Shown here piece after piece: positions 36,600 to 48,389 of a DNA stretch of 64,000 nucleotides. How positions within the stretch are numbered: the first letter of the stretch is position 1; each line of letters begins with the position of its first letter. Both the position numbers and the translations under genes were made by a program. A model generated the notes under the pieces. It did no database searches, was not told the DNA's origin, and saw only the letters and a list, made by a program, of their open reading frames with translations. Source of the stretch: Selaginella moellendorffii (taxonomy: Eukaryota > Plantae > Lycopodiophyta); NCBI RefSeq assembly GCF_000143415.4, contig NW_003314264.1, positions 2,365,710 to 2,429,709 of the forward strand, read 5' to 3'.

Positions 36600-38438
36600 G
36601 TGAAGAAACCAGGAGCCTTAGTGTTGTTGCTGCTGCTGCTCGTCCGGGTTTGGAATCCCGATTGGGGAAAGAACCTGGAGGTCAAGAAGCATCGAATATA
36701 AAACAATGTAAGTTTGATTCAACAAACAAACCCGTCTAGAGATCTCGGCTCGCATTCTAGCTTCTGTTCTTCTCCAGTTCTCTTCCAGTCTTCCAATCTC
36801 GTCTGCCAAGCGAAGTTCATGAGCGAAAGGAAATACAGATCAAACGAACTTACTTATAAGGGGGCTGAGATCTTCTTGAGGTCTTCTGGCTCTCAACCAA
36901 AAGTAAGGAGACTGCACTTCAATCGAGAGACATCAGAACATGTACATAAAAACTTGATCAATGTACCTCGTCACGGCTCGAATCATCGTCAGAGATACTT
37001 TCACTACCTCCTTGACAATGCTTTCGGCCTGTAAATCGTAGCACGTTGTGGACGGTTGCATTCTGATAGAAACCTGACCTTTGGTAATCCGTGACAGGAT
37101 GTCATCCACCCTATACAAACTTCTGGAAGGAATCAGAAACGAAAATGTTGAACAAATGCATACTTCTCTTGTGGCTTCCTTGAAAAACTTTTTCTCGATC
37201 GGGATTTTTCCGGAGACTTCGAAGAGCCGCGTGGTTGCTGCAACCAATGGTCTCAGTATGTATACATGTAATCTGCAGTGCCACTACCACGCAAATATCG
37301 AATTTCGAATCAACTATCTCGTTGTTTAAATCAGCCAGAGTCTGCCACAACTCACAATTCAGACAGACAAGTTTTCATATGAACGTGCTTACTTTTCTAA
37401 CAAAAGACTTGTCCTGCTCCATCTTCCCCTTCAAGTACTCAAATACTTCAAATGAAGCCTCTTGCCTAAGCCATCGTACAAAGAAGGAAAAGAAAAATAG
37501 AGAGAAAAAGGCGTGTACCTTGAGAATACTGAGCGAATGGTAGTTTCAGCAAGACGCAGTAACTGGTCCTTCTTCGACAGAGAAGCTTTCAACTCTCTGC
37601 AACATTTCTCCTGCTGTCTAAACTCCTGGCGTGGAGAAAAAAATGTTTATTAACGTTTCTTCTTACTGCGAGCTAAGGACTTACCGCACCTTTTCTTTCA
37701 TCTGTAAAGCCGCCTCTAAACTGTGAACTCTTTCCTGTGAAGTCTCGGGCTGCTGCAGCATGCAAAACAACATCCACGTCAAGTCGAAATCCGCGAGAGG
37801 TTGCATACCTTATTGGAAACTTTGTCGAATTTCCAGTCGTCTAACTTAAGCTGGAGATCCGAGATGGTAGTACGGAGATCGGATGATAGCTGCTGGATAG
37901 AATCCCCATTTTTATCTCTCGATTCAACAACATCTTTCTCCTGGTCACGAAAAAAACCGCGAATAAAATCTCACACTCAAAACAAAATTCGAGAAGTTAT
38001 ACCATAGAGCAGTTACATTTGATGAAATCTTGCCTGATCCACCTGTTCCTTGTGCATCAGCTTCTGCCGAACATCCTCATTGATCTTCTCCTGCCTGGAT
38101 TGATCGATCCAAGACCAAAACATTACAAAATCCAGCACACAAAGCCAGGATTACCTTTCGAGCGCCGATAGCTGTGCACGAAGCGCGATTTGGAGCTGCT
38201 GGATGACGTGATCCTTGGCCTGCATTGCCGCCTCCCAATTCTGGAGCGCATCCCTAGACCTGTTGATGAGCTGATCGTGCTGCTCGCGCAGCTCCACAAG
38301 CTGCTCCTCTTTCCTCCCCAGCGCTGCCTGCAATCCAACCCACGCATTCTTGTCGCCCCCGCCCTTCTTGGGAGGCGGGCTCCCGGGCGGCGATTCGGGC
38401 GGATTATTGGCGGCACTCGCTCTCCGCCTGGCGCTCAT
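36600..38438 (-). CDS. Uncharacterised multi-exon coiled-coil protein (3' end approximate)
   Basis: ATG at 38438, then heptad-rich exons ('LGRKEEQLVELREQHDQL', 'IQQLSSDLRTTISDLQLKLDD', 'ERVHSLEAALQMKEK', 'EIGRLEENWRRTEARMRAEISR') with short introns. Confidence 0.65.
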
Positions 38439-38574
38439 GGGATCAAATCCAAATTTTTTCCAATCCAGCCCTAACCAAAGAATAGACGGCCAGGATTCGT
38501 TGCCCTAAGTTTTAGGGTTCTTCGGCGCCGGAGGCTAGAGCGAGGAGGAGGCGAGGCGGGGCGCGTCGCGAATC

Positions 38575-39702
<1,128 letters not shown>

Positions 39703-40259
39703 GCTGTGTCGCTCACTGGTAGTGCTGCTACTCACCCTTCGCTCCGGCAGAGTGTGGTCAAAGCTCTTGTTTTTTGGGAAATTTAAAAAGACAACTCTTT
39801 TGCTTCACACTTGCTATGGTTTCTCTGCTAAGATTAGCCAAAATCAATCGTTGCTTGAAGCTTCATCCTTTGTCTTGGGAGAGGATCGAACCTTTGAGCT
39901 TTTCTTTGTCCGCATGTGAATCATGCATAAGCGATGTTTGCCATTGTCTTGTTGCTGTTGATTGCTTCAGTAGCTCTAGTGGGACTCCAAATCGATTCTT
40001 TACCCATTGCGCATCACAAAAGAGGGAGATAGGGAGGACACTGGAGCCCAGAGAAATGATCCGCCATAGTCCCGCAAGAGCTAGTGGCGCCACTGGTGAT
40101 CCTCGCGCACGAGATTACCATGCCAAGTCGCAAACATTCTCCTCAGGTAATTGGCATCTCCAGGAGAATGGAGCCTCTGCTGCTGCTAAGCAATCGCCAG
40201 GAGCGCCACTGCTAATCCGGCTGGTGATGAAAATCTCTAGCCTAGCCTAAGAGATCATC

Positions 40260-41986
40260 ATGGAAGATAGAGCTACTGTAGTTCATCCTCAAGTTTGCGA
40301 GATAGAGGTACTCATTCTTTCCTTTCCTCTGTGTTGTCATGAAACTTTGGTCTCTCTAGATTGACAGACCGGTTGCTAGCGAGAAACGAAGACCCAGCTT
40401 GAAGCTCGAGATACCCTCCAAGCCCGCGGATGTTCCCGGGAAACCTCCGGCGGCGACGCCCACGCCGAGATCGAGTGGCAAGAAATCCGTGCAGTTCCAA
40501 ACTTTCAGTAATGCTCTTCCGCCGCAGCCGCCGCCACCGCCATCCATCTCCAACACCCCAGGAGCAGCAACACCCCGATCAAACTTCTCGCTCATGCGGC
40601 TCCTCACTCCCCGCTCCGCAAGAACAGTGTCTCTTCCATTGCGATTCACACTATCGTCTTCTTCGTCCGCGTCTCCGTCGTCTTCTTCGTCGACAGGGGC
40701 CGCGGCAGTGAGTCCAGATGCCATTAGAGAAAATTTGATCTCGTCATCAAAGGTAGAACTTTTCTTTCTTTCTTTCATCGTCAACTTTGTCATCTCGTCT
40801 TCGCAGGACAAGCAGATCAAACGCTCCAAGTCGGCGCTCGATGGTCACCAAAAGGAGAAGAAGCTCACCCGGCTTTACTCCGGAACGTTTCTCGTCAAGC
40901 CGACCACTCCTCGTCCTCGTCCCCGGGAAACTTCACAAGCAGACGACGGAGCCCAAGACACTGACCATGCCAACGACACCCAAGGTACGTAAACTTCCTA
41001 TGATCAAGTTCATGGAGACCATGGTTCCATGATCTGAAAGTTGCAAAACTTTTAGACGGCGAGGACGAGGAGATCCCCGAGGAGGAAGCAGTGTGCCGCA
41101 TTTGCCTGTGCGATCTGGGCGAGGAGGGCAAGACGCTCAAGCTCGAGTGTAGCTGCAAAGGGGAGCTGGCGCTGGCTCACGAGGAGTGTGCTCTCAAGTG
41201 GTTTGGGATTCGAGGCAACCGCGAGTGCGATGTTTGTGGCCAGGAGGTCGTCAATCTCCCCGTCACGCTCGTCAGGCTCCAGCAAAACCAAAACAATATC
41301 AACGCTGAAACTCAAGTTCTCCAGCAAGCTCAAATGGCGCAAATGAGTGCTCTCAACAGGTAGATTCGTCTATCTCGCTCTACAGCTTTGTAGATTCCAT
41401 GGTGTTCTTCCAGGATTTGGCATGACGTTCCCGTGCTCGTCATGATCAGCATGCTCACGTACTTTTGCCTCCTCGAGCAGCTACTGGTGATAATTCTCTG
41501 ATGATTTCGATTGATTTGCGGATGGATTTCTTTGTTGCCTACTACAGGTGAGACGAAAGGGCCCTCGAGCATTGATGCTAGCTCTGCCATTCGCCGTCAT
41601 GTTTGGAATGCTCACTGCCATCACAGCATCAACGCTTGGTAAGATTTCGTTTCTCTCTCTTTCTCTCGAGCTCCTGTCTGTAACAATAGATTCTTTCGAC
41701 GCACAGTGAGGCGGCGTTGTATGTGGCTCTTTGCCATCTTTCAGGTCGGCTTTGTCATACTATTTGCGCATGTTTTCTACAGTTGGGTAAGATCACTCTC
41801 TTAAAACTTTTTTAGCTCTTATTTCAATCCATGATCCAGATGAAGTTGAACCCAATCTTGTCGATTTCGCTGGCCGGTTTTGCGGGATTCGGATTGTCCA
41901 TGATCGTGAATGCTCTCCTCCTGGAATGTTGGAGCTGTAGAACAAGAGCAGCGCGACAAGAAGACGCAAGCCAAGATATCGTGTAA
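40260..41986 (+). CDS. RING-CH (RINGv, MARCH-type) membrane E3 ubiquitin ligase, multi-exon
   Basis: '[62 protein letters not shown]', then '[23 protein letters not shown]' and several TM helices. Confidence 0.92.
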
Positions 41987-42002
41987 ATATGTACTGTAAT
42001 TC

Positions 42003-42851
42003 TTACACACTTGTTTTGTGATAGAACAAAATGTATGCATCGCTCGAGCACCTCGGTAGGTCAAAAATCTCTTCCACCACCTCATCGTCAAAGCTGTACC
42101 ACTTTCCATTTGGAAGTTTGATGGTTGCCGTGTAGTGCCCATAGTCGGAGTCTCCCATATGGTTAATCAATCCATACAGTTTGTACTCCTGTTCCCAAAG
42201 TGTCAAAATCTGTGGAAACTCCACCGTGGTGTCGATCTTCTCCACACTCCCCGAAGAATCGCACTTAAACCTTGCCAAATGGAGGATCAAATTCCGTGGG
42301 AGCTTCCCAAGCTCCAGTTTCTTGACAGCGTCCTTTTGGTTTCTCTTGCACTTTGGGCAGTGCCAGGAATCCAAAACATCGTCTTTGGTGTACTCCCGGA
42401 TGCATGATTCCAGAGAAACCGGCTGCGAGAGAGAGGTGAAAGATTCAGGCGTGGAGGAGACCATGTTGGAGCACTTCGGGCATTTCACTGTGGATTTGGT
42501 TTGGCCCTCGAAGAACTCTGCGACTGGAGAGGGGAGCTCTGGCCGCACCTTTTTTCCTTTAGGGGGATTCTCTTGCTTCTTGAATTCTTGATCCAGGGCA
42601 CCCAAAAGAAAATCGAGATACTCCTGTGCGTCCTGCTGGACGCTCGGATTTGTCAGCTTTGGCCCTGGTTTTACAGACTTGCTTGCGTTATTCCAAATCG
42701 CCCTCACCACTTTCCTAAACTCGATTGCTATCTCACCTCTTACGCTGTCTGATTTCAAGAAGAAGCTAGAGAGCTCCGGAGTGTGCGCAACGCACTGTAA
42801 AGCACTGTTGGCTGAACAAGAATTCCCTTGGTTCTGAAAGCCCACAGCCAT
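42003..42851 (-). CDS. Intronless minimal ubiquitin-specific protease (peptidase C19)
   Basis: Cys box 'GFQNQGNSCSANSALQC', 'QQDAQEYL', two CPKC zinc knuckles, 'LPRNLILHLARF', His box 'HMGDSDYGHYTA...WYSFDD...AYILFY'. Confidence 0.92.
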   Translation of the reverse strand: MAVGFQNQGNSCSANSALQCVAHTPELSSFFLKSDSVRGEIAIEFRKVVRAIWNNASKSVKPGPKLTNPSVQQDAQEYLDFLLGALDQEFKKQENPPKGKKVRPELPSPVAEFFEGQTKSTVKCPKCSNMVSSTPESFTSLSQPVSLESCIREYTKDDVLDSWHCPKCKRNQKDAVKKLELGKLPRNLILHLARFKCDSSGSVEKIDTTVEFPQILTLWEQEYKLYGLINHMGDSDYGHYTATIKLPNGKWYSFDDEVVEEIFDLPRCSSDAYILFYHKTSV

Positions 42852-43021
42852 TTTCCTTGCACACAACCCAAAAGAAAACCTAGAATATTTAAAGAAAACA
42901 AACAGGCATTAAATAGTTTAGTAATAATTATAAAATAATACAATTACCGATTTTTGATAGATTTTAAATGGAGAGTTTTTGATGATAAATGATAATGTTA
43001 AAATTATTTGTAAAATGCCTA

Positions 43022-43196
43022 TGTGAGGGCTAAGTGTACGGTTACGATGCCGTATACTAATATTAGCGTAGTGGGATTTTTGTAGCCGTTGGATTAGTTT
43101 CAATCCAGACCATTCGCTCCTGTATATAAGCTAGGGTTTTTGGGCTAATTGATATGCACATTTCTGTATTCCCTTTCCATATTCCATGCACTCACA
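43022..43196 (+). repeat. 5' LTR of element A
   Basis: Direct repeat of 53237-53411; contains TATATAA; about 11 differences by eye, all transitions. Confidence 0.95.
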
Positions 43197-43215
43197 TTAG
43201 TGGAGGTGAGGGGCA
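43197..43215 (+). promoter_or_regulatory. Probable primer-binding site of element A (tRNA-Ala-like)
   Basis: 'ttagtggaggtgagggg' directly after the LTR resembles TGGTGGAG...GGGG, the complement of a tRNA-Ala 3' end, with G>A decay. Confidence 0.5.
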
Positions 43216-43430
43216 CCTTTGACTGTCCCTAGGGAGTGCTTAGATTTGGGATTTCGGTTTAGATGTAGCTTTTGCATCGTCTAGATCTAGTTTTTTCCAT
43301 TTCCTTTCTTTTGTTCTTTCCTTTCAGGATTTTGGTTTAGATTTAGCTTTTTGCATTGTCTAGATCTACCATTTCTTTCCAGCTTTTTTGTCATTTCTCT
43401 TCTTTTGCTCTTTCTTTTTCGTTCATCTTC

Positions 43431-44143
43431 ATGGCCGATCCGCAATCTCCTCCTTTGACTTTAGAGTAGCAGTTGGTTCAATTGCTTGATGCTATGTGCT
43501 TGCAATTGAACAACCAAACTCAGTTGATGGCGGCATTCACAGCACGTGGTACAACTCCTCCTGCTCTTGGTGCCAATCCTCGCGTTCGGCCGGAGTTTTT
43601 TCGTGGGAATCCTGGGGATGATGTGTACAATTGGTTTGATCACTTTACGGTGATTGCCACATATCATTATTGGGATGATGCTCGACGGTTGCGTGAGTTT
43701 CCCACGTGTCTCCAAGGGACGGCGTTGCAGTGGTACAATGGTTTGAGCGCAGCCACTCGTAGGGATTGGAGTGTTCTCCTGGATGTCTTCAAATGCGCCT
43801 TCGGACATGCCGATGATTGTGATGATGCTTTCCAACATTGCATCGTCTTCGCCAAGGGCCATCTGAATCAGTGATGCAATTTGGCATTCGTTTCCGAAGT
43901 CTTTTGTTTCGTGCGGAGCCAAATATGTCGGAGCGGATCAAGCTAGGAATGTTGTGGCCAGCACTTTGTCAAGATCTTGTCGGACTTGTGCATGCACTTG
44001 CTCCTGCCACCCTTGACGATGCTCTTCGATTGGCACAACGTTATGAGACGTTGCCTCTTCCACTTCTTGCTGCACGTCCTTCCGCTCCACTTCCTATGGG
44101 TGATGGTCCTGTTCTAATGGAGGTTGATGCTACTGCTGCTCGA
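43431..44143 (+). pseudogene. gag of element A (5' part; premature stop and frameshift)
   Basis: 'RPEFFRGNPGDDVYNWFDHF...LQGTALQWY', 'LRQGPSESVMQF', 'PVLMEVDA'; TAG at codon 13; frameshift near 43840. Confidence 0.85.
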
Positions 44144-45294
44144 TGTAAGGAACCAACTCGCCGAGGTGTCGTAGGCTAAAGGAACCCCGAAAGAATGACC
44201 AAAATGACAAAGAGTTCATCGGATGGGACCAAGTCGAAGATCGAGTCCAAGACCGACTCTAGGACCGAGTTCGAGATAGAGTCCGGAATCGAGTCCAAGA
44301 CCGACTCGGGGACCGAGTTCGAGTCCGAGTTCGAGACCGAGTTCGAGACGGAGTCCGAGATCCGAAATCGGGTCCGAGACCGAGTCCGAGGTCGAGTCCG
44401 AGGTCGGGTCCAAGATCGGGTCCGAGATCGAGTCCGAGATCGAGTCCGAGACCGAATCCGAAGTCGGATCCGAAATCGGGTCCGAGATCGAGCCAGAGAC
44501 TAAGTCCAAATACTAATACGGGTCAAGGGGTGAAAGCCCAAAGCGTGCGTCTCCCAGGGGGGGGGAGGGGCTGCAGGGGGTTCCAAAAGTATAGTAGGGA
44601 TAGTAAGGTCCAGGAACCAGTTTAGAAGGGACTCTCCAGTGGGGCTCCCAAACTGACTTGAGGTTGGGACTGGGATCGAGGGGCCTTGGGTGGGAGTGAG
44701 CATGGACTTGGTTGGTGCCGGAGGGGCCATCCAAGGAAGTGCTCAAGAGCAACTCCCACTCCCAAAAGGGAAACCAATTGCGGTGCTCCCGGCTCATGTG
44801 GAGTGGTGCCCCACTTGAGTACCATGTGGCTCATTGGTCCTCGCCCTTCCTAGGGGCTTGGGCCTTCCTTCGGGATGGAAGTGGGGGGCGAGAGGTACCC
44901 ATGCCGGGCCGCTAGGCCACGGTGTTTCGCCCCGGCATCCTGAAGCAAGTGTTGCACTCAAGACTTGGGATTTAAAGGGTCCTATGATCAAGTCTTGTGG
45001 TACCAAAGGATGTTAGGAACCTAGAAGCTTGGTGTGCTTGGCTGCTTGTGCTTGCGGGGAGTGTAGCCGAACCTTAAGTCCAGTCTAACCCGGGGAGGGG
45101 GATTGGGAGTGATTTGGGAATCCGTGGATGGATGGCTAACACTCCGTTGCTCGTGCAGTGAGTAGCTGAGACCAAGTAGGAGCTGGTACCATAGGCGAGA
45201 ACCTTGGCAAGGGAACTTAGCAAAAGCCAAGGCGGTGTTGGACGGATAGACGAGGTAAGCTGGCAAATTGGAAAGGAAAAATTTGTGGCTTACA
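44144..45294 (+). repeat. 5' LTR of element B, with an internal 6/12-bp tandem array (gagtccgagatc-like) at ~44230-44500 and a G run at ~44557
   Basis: Near-identical to 48390-49540 (about 18 differences by eye). Confidence 0.95.
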
Positions 45295-45353
45295 ATTTGG
45301 TATCGGAGCCTTTATCTCAGTTCTAGCGAAGGATAGAGGCGGATTGCTGGGAG

Positions 45354-46994
45354 ATGGCAAGGGCAGGGCGTAAGCGAACCCAGGTGGAGACGGTACCTCC
45401 GCCGGAGCTGGAGCCTCTGGTCGAACAAGAGGCTATAGATGAGGAATCCTTGCATGAGGAGAACTCTAGTGAGGAAACTTCCAAACAGGAGTCCGGTGGC
45501 GAGGTTCGGTCGTCCAAGGCTCGATTGGACGTGCTAAAAGGACAGTTGGCACAGACCAATGCCCTGCTGGAAACTCTCGTACGCAAGCTAAAGCGTGACG
45601 AGAGGCGGAAGAAAAAGAAAAAGACTGCGGATGCTGGCAGCGCAGAAGGTGCGGATCTTTCGGCCGGGACTGAGGCAAAACCAGACAAGGTCGAACAGAT
45701 CGAAGTAGAATCAGTCCCTCAGGCAGTTCCCAAGTACAAACCAAAGCCCCCACCGGTCTTCAAGGGAGTGAACGACTATAAAGTGGTGGAGGATTGGTTT
45801 TACGATATGGAGGACTACTTCCGAGCGTTGCGATTACCGAGCTCGGAGAAGGTCCCATGTGCAAAACTATACTTGGCAGATAATGCCAAGTCTTGGTGGA
45901 GAACGACAGAGGCCAACGAAGGACCAGTGGCCACTTGGGACATGATGAAGGCGAGGATCCGCGCAACATACGTTCCTCCGAATGCCACTCTACATCTGAG
46001 AGATGAGCTGAGTAGGCTGAAGCAGACTGGAACCATCCAGGAATATGTGAATGGGTTCATGGCAAAGAGGATACTTGTCACGGACATGGGGGATATAGAT
46101 GCGTTCCATGCCTTCATATCAGGTTTGCAAACCTGGGCTCGCGGTGAGATGATGCGGTGGAACCTGACCAACTACAAGGAAGCGTTGGATGCGGCCATCA
46201 AGGTGCATTTCAACGATAACCTGCGAAAGGGGAACACAACGGGGTTGGGATCCACATTTAGCAAAGGGGCCAAACCAAGGGGAACGTATAGCAAGGGGAA
46301 ATTCAAAAGGAGTTTCTTTAAGAATGAGTCCTCGGGGTTCCAGAAAGGCAAATCCGGTGGCCAGCGAGCGAGTACGTGGGGGAGTCAAGCGAAAAAAGAC
46401 AAACCCACGGATAAGAAGGTCAAGTCGTATAGCAGCGTGGGAAACAACGTATGCTACAACTGCGGCGAAGCGGGACACTTCTCGAGGGAATGTCCCTACC
46501 CGAAGAAGGCCAGAGCCAATATGGCCATCAAGTCGGGTGAAGTCCAAACTGAGGTATGTGATCCAGTCCCTAACTCAAAGTTACTCATTACACGAGCAAC
46601 TTTGGTAGAGAGTCGTTCGCGACATCTACTAGCCCTCCGAGGGAAGCTCGGAGGTAGCTTTGTTAAGATCCTTATTGACACGAGTGCTTCGGATAATTTT
46701 GTGGCTGCAGACATAGTCCGGCAAGCCGGACTAACGGTGCAGCGGCTAGGCGAACCAAGGACTATAGAGTTTGTTCAGGGTAGCCAAAGCACCGATGAGG
46801 TACTTCGACAAGCGAGAGTCGAAGTGGGGACATGGAAAGTGGACATGGATTTCACCGTCTTGGACATGGCGGGATTTGACGTGATCTTCGGAATGGATTG
46901 GTTTAATCGGTTCGTGGTAGCCCTGCATGGACAAGGTAGGAACTTTGTGGTATTGGCGAATGCCCAAGGAAGAAGATCTAGGGTGGAGGCCTAG
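45354..46994 (+). pseudogene. gag-protease of element B
   Basis: Gag 'YLADNAKSWW', 'LKQTGTIQEY', CCHC 'CYNCGEAGHFSREC'; protease 'ILIDTSASDNF' (DTG>DTS) and 'FDVIFGMDWF'; TAG separates it from the in-frame RT. Confidence 0.9.
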
Positions 46995-47042
46995 GATCTA
47001 AAGGTAGGGCAAAGCAAAGCCAAAGAGTCATGCTTAAACCTG

Positions 47043-48030
47043 GTGTCCACGAGAGGACAACTCACTAAAGGAACTAAAACAGCCTTTTTGTGCTTACTCT
47101 CGGTGAAGAGTGACAAAAAGACAAGAACGGAAGAAGTACCTTTAGTGATCCAGCAGGTGCTGGACCAATTCCAGGATACCATGCCAGAGGAGCTACCGGC
47201 AGGGTTGCCCCCTGCACGACCGATAGAACATAAGATTGAGCTGGTCGAGGGTGCTGAGGCGGTGGTTCGTCCACCCTATCGATTGAACGAAAAAGAACTC
47301 AAGGAGCTCAAGAGCCAACTAGAGGAGTTGGTGGACAAAGGGTATGTTAGGTTGAGCAAGTCGCTGTATGGGGCGCCGGTGCTATTTGTGAAAAAGAAAG
47401 ATGGATCTATGCGCATGTGCATAGACTACCGGTTGCTCAACAAGTATACCAAGAAGAACAAGTACCCTTTGCCAAGGATCGAGGACCTGTTCGATAGGTT
47501 GGGAAAGGCAAAATACTTCTCGAGGATTGACCTAAGGTCAGGATACTACCATATCAGGGTAGCTGAGGAAGATGTCGAGAAGACAACCTATCGAACGAGG
47601 TATGGGAGCTTTGAGTTTCTGGTGATGCCCTTTGGGCTGTGCAATGCGCCGGCAACGTTTTCGGCGTTGATGAACCACATCTTTGTACCCTATCTGGATC
47701 ACTTCGTGGTCGTCTATATCGACGATATCCTGATCTATAGCGAGACGCTAGAGGAGTATGCCGAACACTTGGCGAAGGTGTTTGAGAAACTAAGGGAACA
47801 CAAACTGTATGCTAAAGAGAGCAAATGTGACTTTGCTCAACAAGAGGTAAAGTTTCTCGGGCATGTGGTGGGCCAGGACGGGCTCAAGGTGGACCCGAAG
47901 AAGGTCCAAGCGATCCAGGAATGGGAGCGGCCTTCGAATGTACATGAGTTGAGGGCGTTCTTGGGGCTATGCAACTACTATCGAAAGTTTATCAGACACT
48001 ATTCGAGAGTAGCCCTACCCTTAACGGACC
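47043..48030 (+). pseudogene. Reverse transcriptase of element B, truncated before RNase H
   Basis: '[13 protein letters not shown]', '[11 protein letters not shown]', '[12 protein letters not shown]', '[10 protein letters not shown]', '[12 protein letters not shown]'; homology ends at 'ALPLTD'. Confidence 0.92.
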
Positions 48031-48370
48031 AAACAGGCGCGCCGAAAGTGAGCTAATTAGCATGGGTTAGCTAGTTCGACCAGGCGTAGGGAGCTACGCC
48101 CGACTCCCTGCGGGGATGTCGAATCCGTAAACGTATTCTACGGAGGTTGGGTTCGAGTCCCAACCCCTAGTAAAGCAAGGCTGGGTTCAAGTCCCGACCC
48201 CATACTAGGGCGTGGTGAGGGGAGGAGTATAGGGACACCTATATTCCGTTGTCATGGGCTCTTGGCCGGGGAGGCTAACTTAGGCACACCGCTAAGTGGG
48301 GGGATGCCCCCGGAGACATGGTCAACAAGTCGTAGGATAAAACGAGGCGTTCGATGTGGGCATCGAACTT
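48031..48370 (+). ncRNA. Putative structured cis-RNA element with two tRNA T-arm/B-box hairpins in the 3' region of element B
   Basis: At least nine closely spaced stem-loops readable by eye, including GGTTGGG-TTCGAGT-CCCAACC (48145-48165) and GGCTGGG-TTCAAGT-CCCGACC (48179-48199). Function unknown. Confidence 0.6.
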
Positions 48371-48389
48371 CTTCTATGGGTGGTGGAGT

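Noticed and set aside
44230-44500. CRISPR-like appearance of the repeat arrays (also 1-125)
   Set aside because: Contiguous short tandem units with no unique spacers, no cas genes, eukaryotic context.
44195-44509. ORFs encoding (RVRD)n and (SDSI)n repeats, repeated at 48441-48755
   Set aside because: They are translations of the LTR tandem array; no evidence of a real protein.
48120-48210. A true tRNA gene or hammerhead ribozyme in element B
   Set aside because: T-arms are present but no proper acceptor stem and D-arm arrangement, and I found no CUGANGA/GAAA hammerhead core; kept only as an unexplained structured element.
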